A DNA stretch of 64,000 nt, taken from the IMG/VR virus record IMGVR_UViG_3300026522_000958. One strand, 5' to 3'. The notes under the pieces are model-generated. The model saw nothing but the letters and a program-made list of their open reading frames with translations, had not been told where the DNA came from and did not search any database. The position numbers and the translations under genes are program-made. Positions within the stretch are counted from its first letter, which is position 1. Each line of letters opens with the position of its first letter. This document shows positions 19,818 to 29,548 of the stretch, one piece after another. Source of the stretch: an uncultured virus (IMG/VR IMGVR_UViG_3300026522_000958) (lineage: Duplodnaviria; Heunggongvirae; Uroviricota; Caudoviricetes).

Positions 19818-21209
19818 CTACCAGAAGTCTCCGGCTGACTCGGGATACGTATCCCAGTCGATGTTTCTTAACCCCAACGGGTTCATCTTTCCTTTGTAGA
19901 ACACCTCGTACTCTCCGTCGAACGCCTGATATCTCTGGAGCATCTTGTGCGTGAGCGAGAATCCTTCTGTCCCTTTCGAAAAGTATGCGATAGTGCCGTT
20001 CCTCATCTGGATAAATTTTTCCATAGGGATATGCCCCTTTCCATAAGCTTCATACTGCTTATCAAGGCGGTGGAACTGTTCGCGCTTCTTCGTGTTCTTC
20101 TCAACGCATTTTATATGACCGAACCGGTCCATCTCATAGCGCCATCCGCAGAAGTTTATGCCTCTTGATATCGGATATATATTGGTCTTTTTATCATTGA
20201 GCCTTATTCCCATGTCATTCTTTGCAATAAAGTCTTCTATGTACCACAGGATCCTTCTTGCGTCCGCTCTGTCTGCCGCAAAGCAGAGACCGTCATCCAT
20301 ATATCTCCTGTCCTTTATGCACTCTTCCACAAGGTCATTGAGCCTTATGTCAAGCTCGTTTAAGAGCATCACACCCGTCCACTGGCTCGGCAGGTTGCCT
20401 TTCGGCACTCCATACCATTCGCCACTCCCAGCGTGGTCTCTTGCTGCGTAGCACTCTTCATCTTTTTCTGTCAGATGATAGCTGCATAGGATCATCCAGA
20501 GCAGATACAGTGCAAAGCTGCATATCCCGTACCCCGCAAACAGGTGGTAGACAAAAGTATGTGAGATGTTATCAAAGTACTTCTTTATGTCATACTGCAC
20601 AATGTAGCAATCATATCCGTATGCCTCGTACATCTGATAAAGATCTTCCATCAGGATGTCACGGGTCATGTCGGGCCCTTTTCCTTCCTGGCATGCCAGG
20701 TTGTACTTAAAGATCTGCGGCGTGAGCACAGGTATGAAGTACTTTTCTATGAGCCACTGCTCGACTATCCTGTCAACGTAGTACGGTGCATTTATGAGTC
20801 TTTCGGGATGATGTACTTTAAAAGGGAAGTACCCTTTCACTCTCCATGATCCCGTAACGATCGCTGTTGCTACCTGATCGAGGATATATGCTGCATCCAG
20901 CGAGAACTCGTAGGCTTCTTTCGTAAGCCTCTTGTCCTTTATGCGTCTCTTGTATACCTCGTAGAGCTCGTTGAATGTTGTCTGTGCGTATCTCTCCACT
21001 TCTCCGGGGTCCTCGACAGGCTTCCATCTGCCTGTCATCAGGTCTATGTGCCCTGCTATCTCAAGGTCTCTGTTTTTACCCGCCTTATGCGGTACACCTC
21101 CCGGGAGGATGATATATCCCGCCGGTACGATCTTTTCGATCCTTGCGATCTGATCTCCGGTTTTCTCGGGAAGCTCTATGCCCTGCGCTTCTTTTATGAT
21201 ATCTGTCAT
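19818..21209 (-). CDS. DGR reverse transcriptase
   Basis: RLINAPYYVDRIVE, YDIKKYFDNISH, GVPKGNLPSQ (DGR-type G.P.GN..SQ), RYMDD, NFCGW; no maturase or endonuclease domain seen. Confidence 0.93.
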   Translation of the reverse strand: MTDIIKEAQGIELPEKTGDQIARIEKIVPAGYIILPGGVPHKAGKNRDLEIAGHIDLMTGRWKPVEDPGEVERYAQTTFNELYEVYKRRIKDKRLTKEAYEFSLDAAYILDQVATAIVTGSWRVKGYFPFKVHHPERLINAPYYVDRIVEQWLIEKYFIPVLTPQIFKYNLACQEGKGPDMTRDILMEDLYQMYEAYGYDCYIVQYDIKKYFDNISHTFVYHLFAGYGICSFALYLLWMILCSYHLTEKDEECYAARDHAGSGEWYGVPKGNLPSQWTGVMLLNELDIRLNDLVEECIKDRRYMDDGLCFAADRADARRILWYIEDFIAKNDMGIRLNDKKTNIYPISRGINFCGWRYEMDRFGHIKCVEKNTKKREQFHRLDKQYEAYGKGHIPMEKFIQMRNGTIAYFSKGTEGFSLTHKMLQRYQAFDGEYEVFYKGKMNPLGLRNIDWDTYPESAGDFW

Positions 21210-21391
21210 CGTGCTTCTATCTTCTTAAAAATTTATTCATCATCCATATAGCCGTGATATCCACTCTACATGGAGAACCGACGGGCGGAAACCTTTTAAT
21301 CTGCCGGCGTACTCAGTCAGACCAATGATATCTGCCTTTCTGCTGCACCCACCCGCAGGAGGATGCTTCCGGGCTTACCCGTAAGGCTTCG

Positions 21392-21521
21392 TAAAAGCGG
21401 GGAGCCACCGCATACGAGTTGTTGCGGTTGTTGTTGTTGTTGTTGACACCGCCCGTATTGACATAGTAGGCGTTGTTCGTGTCGTTTGGCGACCCGAGCC
21501 ACACATAGGAGTTGTCGGCGC
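21392..21521 (-). repeat. DGR template repeat (TR)
   Basis: AAC-rich (13 AAY codons, ~35 A) copy of the VR between the avd-like gene and the RT. Confidence 0.95.
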
Positions 21522-21765
21522 TTGAACCACCCAGCCGTAAATGTTTTTATGAGCATCCGGCTCCTGTTATCGGGGGTCTTTTCACGAATGCTGCAACAAC
21601 AACTCCGCAACATCCGTATATGGAAAGTCGTTCCCGCTCATTTCGAAGTCATTCGGGGTGTCCTCTCTCGTGATATTTCCTGATATGTCTGCCTCTGTAT
21701 ATCGATATCCTGCCTGTCATCGTGCGTACCTCCTTTTTTCTTACCTGCTGTTGTCCTGTTCTTTA

Positions 21766-22449
21766 TCATTTACGGCTGTCATCAGCCTTTTCTTCTTCTA
21801 TCTCTTTTAAGACATCTGCAAGCAGCGTGTAATCTTTTGTCATCTTTGAGTACAGGTCTCCCTGTGCTTTGTCAAATCGCTGTCTGGCTTCTGTCATCCG
21901 TTCATACCGTACTCTTGACAGGGATTCTGCCATATCAAGTGCCTCCGATGCCTTTTCTCCCGGATGTCTCTTACCATATCCTTTTATGGCTTCTTCATTT
22001 TTCAGAGCCTCCTTGTAGTCGCTTACTGCTTTCCTGTATGCCTGTTCATCGTATGATGTTTTCTTTTTCAGGTCTGATACGTACCAGTTGTATAGCGGCT
22101 GTTTCAGGTTCTCTAGCATCTTTTCGAGCATTCCCTGCTTCTTCGTGCCTGTATATGCAAGTCTGCATGCAGGATCAAGAAGTGTCTGTATCTCATCTCT
22201 CAGACCGACTGCTCTGTACTGCGCCTGCAGTCTCGGAATACTCCCTGCTTTAAGACGGTTAGCCCTGTCCACGAGATACATCATCTCTTCCGTTTTCTGC
22301 CTTATATCCTTTATTATCCCGTCACGGTACTGTCTGTCAGCGTTTTTCATAGCCTCGCATAAGGCATACAGGAACTTACCGCAGTCCGATGCGATACGGA
22401 ATTCGTGGTTTTTATATTTGTCAGGCATAGGCTCATTCCACCAGTCCAA
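21766..22449 (-). CDS. avd: Avd-like DGR accessory protein with a ~100-aa C-terminal helical extension
   Basis: position directly upstream of TR-RT; helical N-terminal ~125 aa (YR..I...I....RAN.....RL..Q...W) resembles the bAvd four-helix bundle. Confidence 0.7.
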   Translation of the reverse strand: MDWWNEPMPDKYKNHEFRIASDCGKFLYALCEAMKNADRQYRDGIIKDIRQKTEEMMYLVDRANRLKAGSIPRLQAQYRAVGLRDEIQTLLDPACRLAYTGTKKQGMLEKMLENLKQPLYNWYVSDLKKKTSYDEQAYRKAVSDYKEALKNEEAIKGYGKRHPGEKASEALDMAESLSRVRYERMTEARQRFDKAQGDLYSKMTKDYTLLADVLKEIEEEKADDSRK

Positions 22450-22729
22450 GTGTCAGAGTATTCGGTTCCGGCTTTACGCTGCTGCGACCCCTGCTAAGGT
22501 ATTCTGCCAGTCCGCTATCTCCTTTGATATCATATCCGGTGCCGCTTTTATCCATAAGTCCTGACACTTTGTCAAGTGCTTCTATCGGGAACCCGCATTT
22601 TTCTGTTATCTGTCCGTGCCATTTCGTGATCATGAGTCTGTATCCAGTGATCTTCGAAAGCTTCCGGGCATCATCTCCGTATGCATGAAGGAAGATTCCT
22701 TCCTCATACAGCTGTATGCGTTTATCCAT
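22433..22729 (-). CDS. MutS domain-I-like (MSL) DGR accessory protein
   Basis: IQLYEEGIFLHAYGDDARKLSKITGYRL...CGFP resembles the MutS N-terminal mismatch-binding domain; overlaps the avd start. Confidence 0.7.
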   Translation of the reverse strand: MDKRIQLYEEGIFLHAYGDDARKLSKITGYRLMITKWHGQITEKCGFPIEALDKVSGLMDKSGTGYDIKGDSGLAEYLSRGRSSVKPEPNTLTLGLVE

Positions 22730-23083
22730 AAACCTCCTATTAATCCCTACATCTATGATTTGGGAGAATGTCCCCTTTCTGGAACGGCTTCAGGGCTCTC
22801 CGATGCAGTTCCTAAAAGATTTGGGCGACAGTGTTTTTTCGATATGAGGTTTTCGTATATGGGAAATTCTGAACGTCAGGGGGCGTCCGTGCTCCCGGCT
22901 CACGAAGTTTTTCATATATGGAGAATAGAACCCTGCAGCCTCCGGGGACCTGCCCGGGGCTGTCTGTTTTTCACGGCCCGTGGTTTTCCCATATATGAGA
23001 TTCTTCAGTACCCCGGTCTGCCAAATCTCATATAACTTGAGCATTCATCACATCGGCCTTTTTATAAGGCAAAGGAGGTATTT

Positions 23084-23431
23084 ATGAAGCTAACTGATTC
23101 AGGAGCATTAAAGGCAGCATCATTTGTCACAAAGGCAGCATCATTTATCATATACAGCATCTCAGCTGTCATATTCATCAAGGATATCCTGTTTGTCCTC
23201 CCGGACAGTACAGGAGCCGGGTTCATGAAATATGAAAGACTTATGGCAGAGAACTACCTTAAGTTCTTTCTGCTTCTTGCGGCAGGGACCGTGCTGTATC
23301 TGATCTCCGACAGCCTGAAAAGACGCTTTAAAAGGATCAGGCGTGATGCTACAGAGCGCGCTGAAAAGCTCGCCCGCAGGCCTCAGCTCTTTGATCTGAG
23401 CGATGATCTCAGAGACAGAAAAGGTGCCTGA
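23084..23431 (+). CDS. small membrane protein
   Basis: AAGGAGG RBS; two TM segments; preceded by the CCAAATCT/ATTCATCAC motif. Confidence 0.65.
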   Translation: MKLTDSGALKAASFVTKAASFIIYSISAVIFIKDILFVLPDSTGAGFMKYERLMAENYLKFFLLLAAGTVLYLISDSLKRRFKRIRRDATERAEKLARRPQLFDLSDDLRDRKGA

Positions 23432-23643
23432 ACGCCTCGACATGGTTTCATTCATTCCTCTCCGTTATGGGGAGGATTTTTCATGTCCGGAGATGCGGGT
23501 ACACATCTTGCGCACTTTTCATATATGCAAACCCGGGATTTTCCATATATGAGTTACGCTATTCTGCTTTCTCTGCTCTTCTTCCATGTCTTTTCTGACA
23601 TTGTTTATCACATTCAGATCCTTTATGGATCAAAGGAGGCAAA

Positions 23644-23955
23644 ATGGAAATAACAATCAATCCACTCAAGGTAATCATCACGGCGGTTTCGATCGCATTT
23701 GTTGTGGTATTTGCCGTATCGGTAATCCCTAAGGCAAGCGCCGCTGAGTATGACAAAAAGGCAGAGGTGCTCGTTATTAAGGCAGAGGACGGCAATATCT
23801 ACCGTGTCCATGAGGACAAGACGAGTCATATCGATGGTGCCGTCATGTTTGAAGACAGGACAAACAGTGCTGTCGACGGGGCAACCGTATTCGCAACAGG
23901 TGATGCCATCATCTCACTTTCAGACGGGAGCGAGGTATATGGCACCGTGAGATGA
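23644..23955 (+). CDS. small secreted protein
   Basis: AAGGAGG RBS; signal peptide ending ASA-A. Confidence 0.65.
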   Translation: MEITINPLKVIITAVSIAFVVVFAVSVIPKASAAEYDKKAEVLVIKAEDGNIYRVHEDKTSHIDGAVMFEDRTNSAVDGATVFATGDAIISLSDGSEVYGTVR

Positions 23956-24104
23956 ATCGAAGATTTGGGAATTTATTATTTTCGTTTATGAGTCTGCTGA
24001 TGCAGGCTCTTTTTTTACCCTGAAACAGTATCGCAGCATGAAAACACCCGCATGACATTTCTGTCACACGGGCGTTTTTCTTTGTTTGCTTACAGTACAG
24101 AGTA

Positions 24105-24425
24105 TCAGGCTGTCATCCAGTCGGACCCTACCCCTGTCTCAGGAATAAGGTCAACTGCAATCTGTTTCATAACAAGCCTGTCTGCATCGACCGTATCCTG
24201 GAAGCGGAAGTTTATTATAACATCCCTTCTTGCCTCAGGTCTGAAGACCCACTTCCTTACGGTCTTTAAGTCGTGGTTTATAACTGCATTATGCAGCTTT
24301 CTGTTGTGCTTTGCACACCTTACGATGTAATCTTCTCCATCGTTTACGATGACCATAAAAGTACCGTCTGCGGTCCTTACGACCTGGTTGTCTTTTCTCG
24401 TACTGTAATCTGCTGCTTTTATCAT
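24105..24425 (-). CDS. hypothetical protein
   Basis: AAGGAG RBS; preceded by the CCAAATCT/ATTCATCAC motif. Confidence 0.65.
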   Translation of the reverse strand: MIKAADYSTRKDNQVVRTADGTFMVIVNDGEDYIVRCAKHNRKLHNAVINHDLKTVRKWVFRPEARRDVIINFRFQDTVDADRLVMKQIAVDLIPETGVGSDWMTA

Positions 24426-25329
24426 GATTGTCTCCTTCTCCGCATAAAGCGGTATCTGATGTGATGAATGTTCAAGTTATATGAGATTTGGAAGAACGTG
24501 CTCCGTTGCGGAATGCCGGTGTTATTTTTCCCGTGCATAAAAAAATCCCCGTCAGGGCTTATACAGACCCCGCGGGGAATATCAGTCATACGACAGCCGG
24601 GCTTTGCATTTTTTGTAACCATTCCGGTATGTTACCATTCACCACTGATTCATCACATCATTTGCCGGCATGCCTGTCGGCGGAAAAGGAGTCTCCCTGC
24701 TGCCATCCGTATGTCGTTTAAAAAGATACAGGAGACGGGCCGTTTATAGGTTCTACACGTATCATGAATAAAATAATCAAATATCTGCATCTTTAAGTTA
24801 CTCTGCTCCGCTGTCCTTCTTCGTCTCTGTGGAGCTTTATGCCGTCTCCTGCTGTTATCTCAGATATGGCTGATTTATCCCACAGGATGTTTCATATATG
24901 GGAAATCGTTGTGACACCGGCCGGCCCGGCATATTATCTTATTCTGCTGTAGGCCTGCCCTTTTCTCTTTTACAGTAGCAGGGATTTTATCCTGATCTCA
25001 TGCAGGCCTGAACGGACTCCATCTGTGTTTTATCGGACTGGATGGCTGTATTTCTGTCTTTTCCGGCTTCTTTCAGAATAGATCCGGCATATGCCTGAAA
25101 GATAGCACACGCCGTCCCTGGTATTGTCTGTCGGCTGTAGATTTTCATATATGGAAAATTGTAGTTTCTTATATACGAGAAACCAGAGCTGCCGATCGCA
25201 TCAGCTCCTGTCATTTTCCATATATGAGAATGCCGGGCGGGAAATTGGGCGCAAAAAACCCGTCCTTTTCAGAACGGGTGTCTTTATGCCATATTAAGCT
25301 GTGTCGCATCCGGCACATGACACATGCCA

Positions 25330-25566
25330 TCAGCGTGGGCTGAGTTCTTCCTCGGCGGTATAGACGATGAGGCAGGTATCAGCACCCGTCTCCGTAACTG
25401 CATCTATATGCCCTCCGCTTTTAAGGATACGCTCTACAGTATCCCTAAGGCTCAGTCTGTACGTTTCTTCCACGTACTGATTCTTTTCTTCTTCCTTCAT
25501 CATGCTGTGTGCGATGTAGTTCACCGAATCGGCAAACCGTCTGTCACCTATTGTTTCTATCAGCAT
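25330..25566 (-). CDS. hypothetical protein
   Basis: AAGGAG RBS, overlaps upstream ORF; terminator-like hairpin at ~25254-25280. Confidence 0.55.
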   Translation of the reverse strand: MLIETIGDRRFADSVNYIAHSMMKEEEKNQYVEETYRLSLRDTVERILKSGGHIDAVTETGADTCLIVYTAEEELSPR

Positions 25567-26219
25567 ATGTTCTTGTTCTCCTTTCTTCTGTCATCCTGAG
25601 GGATGTACCTTCCGAGATCCCTTATCCTGCAGTCCTTAAGGCTGAAGCTGTAAAGGCTGTCTGAGAGTACTTCTTTATCTGCTCTTCTGTCCAGTTCATA
25701 CAGGGATTTCTTTAAGGTGTCGGCTGAAACGCCTGACTTTTCTGTCTCTGTTTCCGGGATGAGATATACCTTATCCGTGTCATACGGGATGATGTATATA
25801 TCTCCGTGTTTGTCGGCAAACCTCACAAGTACTCCGTTCTGGAGCATCGCTGCTGCTCCGGTTATCCCGCCTTCGCAGCGGTATGCTGTCATTTCGGTGC
25901 CTTTCCCCGTCATGTCTGCAAATAACCTTATCGGGATATAGTCCGTGTTTACATATACCACCGAACCTCTGTCTGCATTATCAAGAGATCTAAAGAACAG
26001 GTTGTGTTCTGTGGTGTTCCATCTCTTCAGTTTATCCTCTGTTACGAGGAACTTTTCGGATGTATCCGGATCATGGTAGTACCAGATGACGGCCATGTCT
26101 CCTATTGCGGTACATGCCGCCGTTCTTAAAAGGTCTTGGTTTCTTTCCCCGTTTACGAGTTCAGGGTATACACGGGAGAGTATTATCTCCCTGTCATGCG
26201 GCGCGATTCTGTCTGTCAT
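25560..26219 (-). CDS. DUF5688-like protein
   Basis: DMAVIWY ... GAAAML ... IYIIPYDTDKVYLIP ... LSDSLYSF; parallels 51105..51755; start moved to MTDRIAP. Confidence 0.65.
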   Translation of the reverse strand: MTDRIAPHDREIILSRVYPELVNGERNQDLLRTAACTAIGDMAVIWYYHDPDTSEKFLVTEDKLKRWNTTEHNLFFRSLDNADRGSVVYVNTDYIPIRLFADMTGKGTEMTAYRCEGGITGAAAMLQNGVLVRFADKHGDIYIIPYDTDKVYLIPETETEKSGVSADTLKKSLYELDRRADKEVLSDSLYSFSLKDCRIRDLGRYIPQDDRRKENKNIC

Positions 26220-26453
26220 TTCTTCTTCCTTCGCCCGTTCCCGGGCCGGCATTCCTTTCTATGCCCCTGTCCCCCTATGGAGATGTATGCTTCCTTCTAT
26301 CCTTGTTTTCATATCTTCCTTCTATCCTTGTTTTCATATATGGAAAACCGGATATGCCGTGATTTCTCATATATGAGTCTGCAGCTGTCTGTGCAATGTG
26401 ATGTACGTTGCGTCAGCTTTCTTTATGAAGGTTTGATGTGTCTGCACGTTATA

Positions 26454-26930
26454 TCACGAAGCATACGCTTCGGGCTCGATGACGTACATCATATACTCCT
26501 CTTCGGGGGCATATTCTCCGTTTTTTAAGGAAATGCCCCTTACAGGAGTGCTGTCATCAGGCTCCGCCTTGTCATACATTTCTTCTGCGGAATCAAGATC
26601 CTCGTGGGAGAGGCTCATGACCGATCTTTCAGAATCCCTGCAAAGCCATACGGTATGCTGCACCTTATGGTCTCTTGCTGATCTCGTCCAGGTATGGATA
26701 AGGCTCTTGCCGAACTCTGACTTTTCTGTCTTCTGTATGAAGAAGTCGCATGTTCCATTCAGAAGATAGCTGTACATCATGTTTACCTTTCTCTGCTCCC
26801 TGCGGAGGAGCATGTCGAAGCGGTTTTTTCCTTCATCGCTCTTGAACGCATCCACCGCCGCATCATTGAGCGGCATAAATTCTATGGTTATCATACCTGC
26901 TCCTTTCTGCGTCTCAAAACGGAAATTCAT
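26454..26930 (-). CDS. hypothetical protein
   Basis: ORF track; probable start at MITIEF behind AAGGAG. Confidence 0.55.
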   Translation of the reverse strand: MNFRFETQKGAGMITIEFMPLNDAAVDAFKSDEGKNRFDMLLRREQRKVNMMYSYLLNGTCDFFIQKTEKSEFGKSLIHTWTRSARDHKVQHTVWLCRDSERSVMSLSHEDLDSAEEMYDKAEPDDSTPVRGISLKNGEYAPEEEYMMYVIEPEAYAS

Positions 26931-27567
26931 CCGTGTAGCAGCGCGTCATGATCTTTCCTGTCGTACCGTAGAAAATGTTCACGACAGCATCCTTTATGAC
27001 GTCCGGATCTTCCATGCACGTTATGTAGGCTCTGCCGTCCACATTGAGGAAATATCCGAGCTCATTTTTCCCTGTCTTAAATTTTCTGCTGCAGTTGTCT
27101 GAAGCGATGCGGCATATCTTCTTCAGTCTGTCAAGAGAATCATCTGACATTTCCGGGGCTCCGGCTGTCTCTTCCTTAATTTCTCTCTTCTGTTCTTCCA
27201 CGACATCCGTTACTACTGCCGTCCATATATCAGCTGTCGGAGTCTTTCCATTGTCAGCTGACTCAAAACGTCTTACCATCTCATCGAAGATGTCAGGATC
27301 GAGGCTGATGAGCTTTTCAGTGCCGTAGATATCTTCCGTGTTATGGAGAGCGTCCAGCCTGAGGTTCTTATGTCTCTCGATCTCATAGACGTCATCCGTG
27401 CTCCCATAGAGCTCTGCTCCTGATGCACGGCAGAGTGTCTCTATGGCTTCTCTGAGTTCCGTACTGCTGATCTTACTTAAATCTGCTACCATTTGTTTTT
27501 CCTTCGCCCTTACGGGACAGGGTGTCCTTTCACCCCGTACCGGCATACACCGGTTCCGGTCACGCAT
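26914..27567 (-). CDS. hypothetical protein
   Basis: ORF track; preceded by the CCAAATCT/ATTCATCAC motif; start uncertain. Confidence 0.55.
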   Translation of the reverse strand: MRDRNRCMPVRGERTPCPVRAKEKQMVADLSKISSTELREAIETLCRASGAELYGSTDDVYEIERHKNLRLDALHNTEDIYGTEKLISLDPDIFDEMVRRFESADNGKTPTADIWTAVVTDVVEEQKREIKEETAGAPEMSDDSLDRLKKICRIASDNCSRKFKTGKNELGYFLNVDGRAYITCMEDPDVIKDAVVNIFYGTTGKIMTRCYTDEFPF

Positions 27568-28659
27568 GGTGCCTTTATGGCATTGTTTTTTCTCCCTGCG
27601 TGATGAATCATCTGTTACGCCATAGATTTGGAATAATCACCATCAGCCGGAATACCGTCAGTCTTTCAGCTGTTCATGGGATTGTATCAGGTATCTCCTG
27701 AGCCTGCCCTGTCCTGCCTGAGGTGTCTATGCGTATATTTATGATGAGCTATATGTCTTCCGTGTGCCGGCGTGTTTCCGATACAGCAGAGTCTTTACCG
27801 GCAGGCCGGGGTCATATCTGTGGTAAGCGCGTTAAGAGATATATCCTGCTGCGGTTTAGGTTATTATGGCGGATATGCACGTCCTGGGAAAACGCTTCGA
27901 AGACCGGCTTAGAATGTCAAAAGTATATATGAGGTCTATTCTGAGAGCATCTATGTCCTGGCAAAGCAGATGTCGTGGAACTTTATGGGTATGGTACAGA
28001 TATTCATATATGGGGAATACTGTTTTTCCATATACGGGATTTGTTACAGATTAACCATATGGAGATATTTATACCCGTGCTGTAGATGTTGTATGAAACC
28101 ATGCTGCTTTTACCGTTCCAACTGCCATTTGACCGATATCTGCGGTTATCTGATGGGCTGGGAGATCATACCGGAGTTTCTGCGCTGTACTGACCGGCGA
28201 TGTACACTGATGGGCTAGAAAGAGTTATCGGGATAAAGCACTGACATCTGATGCCATATCGATACACCGATAAAGGTTTATCCGACCGATAGCCTGCACC
28301 TGATTTTCATATATGGAATTCACGCTTTTTCCATATACGGGTTTATAGATGATGCTGCCATCGATTTTCATGTATGGGTTATGCTATGCCTGTCGGCACC
28401 TGGTATCCGATCTGCTCCTGCGTTCTCCATATACGGGCCATATACCATGCGCCGTGTCACCACGATATGATGTCCCGGAGTTTTATAGCCTGTCTGTCGT
28501 GTCATGGACTGTCATGGGCGCATTCCATGTCATACCGGCATCTTATGTCTGATGTCTTAATGTGTTATATCATTCTATGTCGCATCTGCATGGCTGTCGT
28601 GCCGGTGTCGCGTTATGTCGTACTGATATCCGTCATACCGGTGTCATTCGATGTGTCAT

Positions 28660-28778
28660 TGTCATTATAGTGCCATCATGTGTCATTAGATCGTCACTGA
28701 TTGTCATTAAAGTGACAACGTGTGTCAACATATCACCACCGATTGTCATTGAAGCGACAACGTGTCATTATGTTGCCA
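28660..28778. repeat. cluster of TGTC-N8-G(A/C)CA palindromic boxes
   Basis: boxes start at 28660, 28702, 28744 and 28763, plus a degenerate one at 28681. Confidence 0.7.
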
Positions 28779-29324
28779 TTCCGCGGCTGCCCGCCCCGGC
28801 CGGGTTTTTATATATGGGAACTATGGTTTTCCATATACGGGGTTATGGGTTCCAGACAAGGATGTACTTTTCCATATACGGGAAGCAGTGGCTTAAAGGA
28901 ACGCGGCGTTTTCCATATACAAGGCAGGCAGGAGGATTCTCCATATATGAGACCGGAACAGGGGCGTTTTGCACACCTCTCTTTGCGTATTTCTCTCCTC
29001 ACGGCCGGCAAGCTTCAGCGTATGTTTTGCCGAATAGTTCATAACACAGTACGGGTTATTCTTTTTCCCGAATATTCCGTATATGTCTTTTCGGGATTCT
29101 GATCATTTTTACGGAATGATACGTATATTGTTTTCGGGATCATCTCCTCTTTTTCCGGTCGCAGGGCTCCCGGAACAGACTACTTTTATACCCAGACAGA
29201 TATATCGTATAACATAAAGCACTACAGATCTGAATATCAGGTCCGGGTTAGAACATTGCTATACAGCCTTTATAAGAACGTCGAAAGCAGATATGTGAAG
29301 GAGTATTCTAGCGGGTATATGCTA

Positions 29325-29469
29325 TGTCGTTATGTCGACACTATGTGATTGTCGTTATATTGACATTTACCCTTTTGTCGCTATTATGACAATCGTTCGA
29401 TTGTCATAATGTTGACACACTGTTTTTTGTCGTTATGTTGCCATTGTTCAAATTGTCGATATAGTGACA
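29325..29469. repeat. array of six TGTC-N8-GACA palindromic boxes at 25-26 bp period
   Basis: boxes start at 29325, 29350, 29376, 29402, 29428 (GCCA variant) and 29454. Confidence 0.85.
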
Positions 29470-29548
29470 TTATGCCGGAGCAGACAGTAGTCTGGCCGGA
29501 AGCAGAATTGGAATGAAAAAGGCCCCGCATTGCGGAGCCTGTAACTGG

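Noticed and set aside
19818..21209. RT as a group II intron, retron or Abi RT
   Set aside because: No maturase/HNH domain or intron ends seen; the adjacent TR-VR pair with adenine-only substitutions and the GNLPSQ motif indicate a DGR.
21313..21613. Short poly-Asn and poly-Gln ORFs (63 aa and 98 aa)
   Set aside because: These are translations of the AAC-rich TR, not convincing genes.
27723..29102. Several 60-160-aa ORFs in the long intergenic tract
   Set aside because: No RBS, Cys-rich low-complexity translations, mutually overlapping; better explained by repeat DNA.
28440..29470. Possible CRISPR array
   Set aside because: Units are 16-bp degenerate palindromes with ~10-bp linkers, not 23-47-bp identical repeats with unique spacers; no cas genes.
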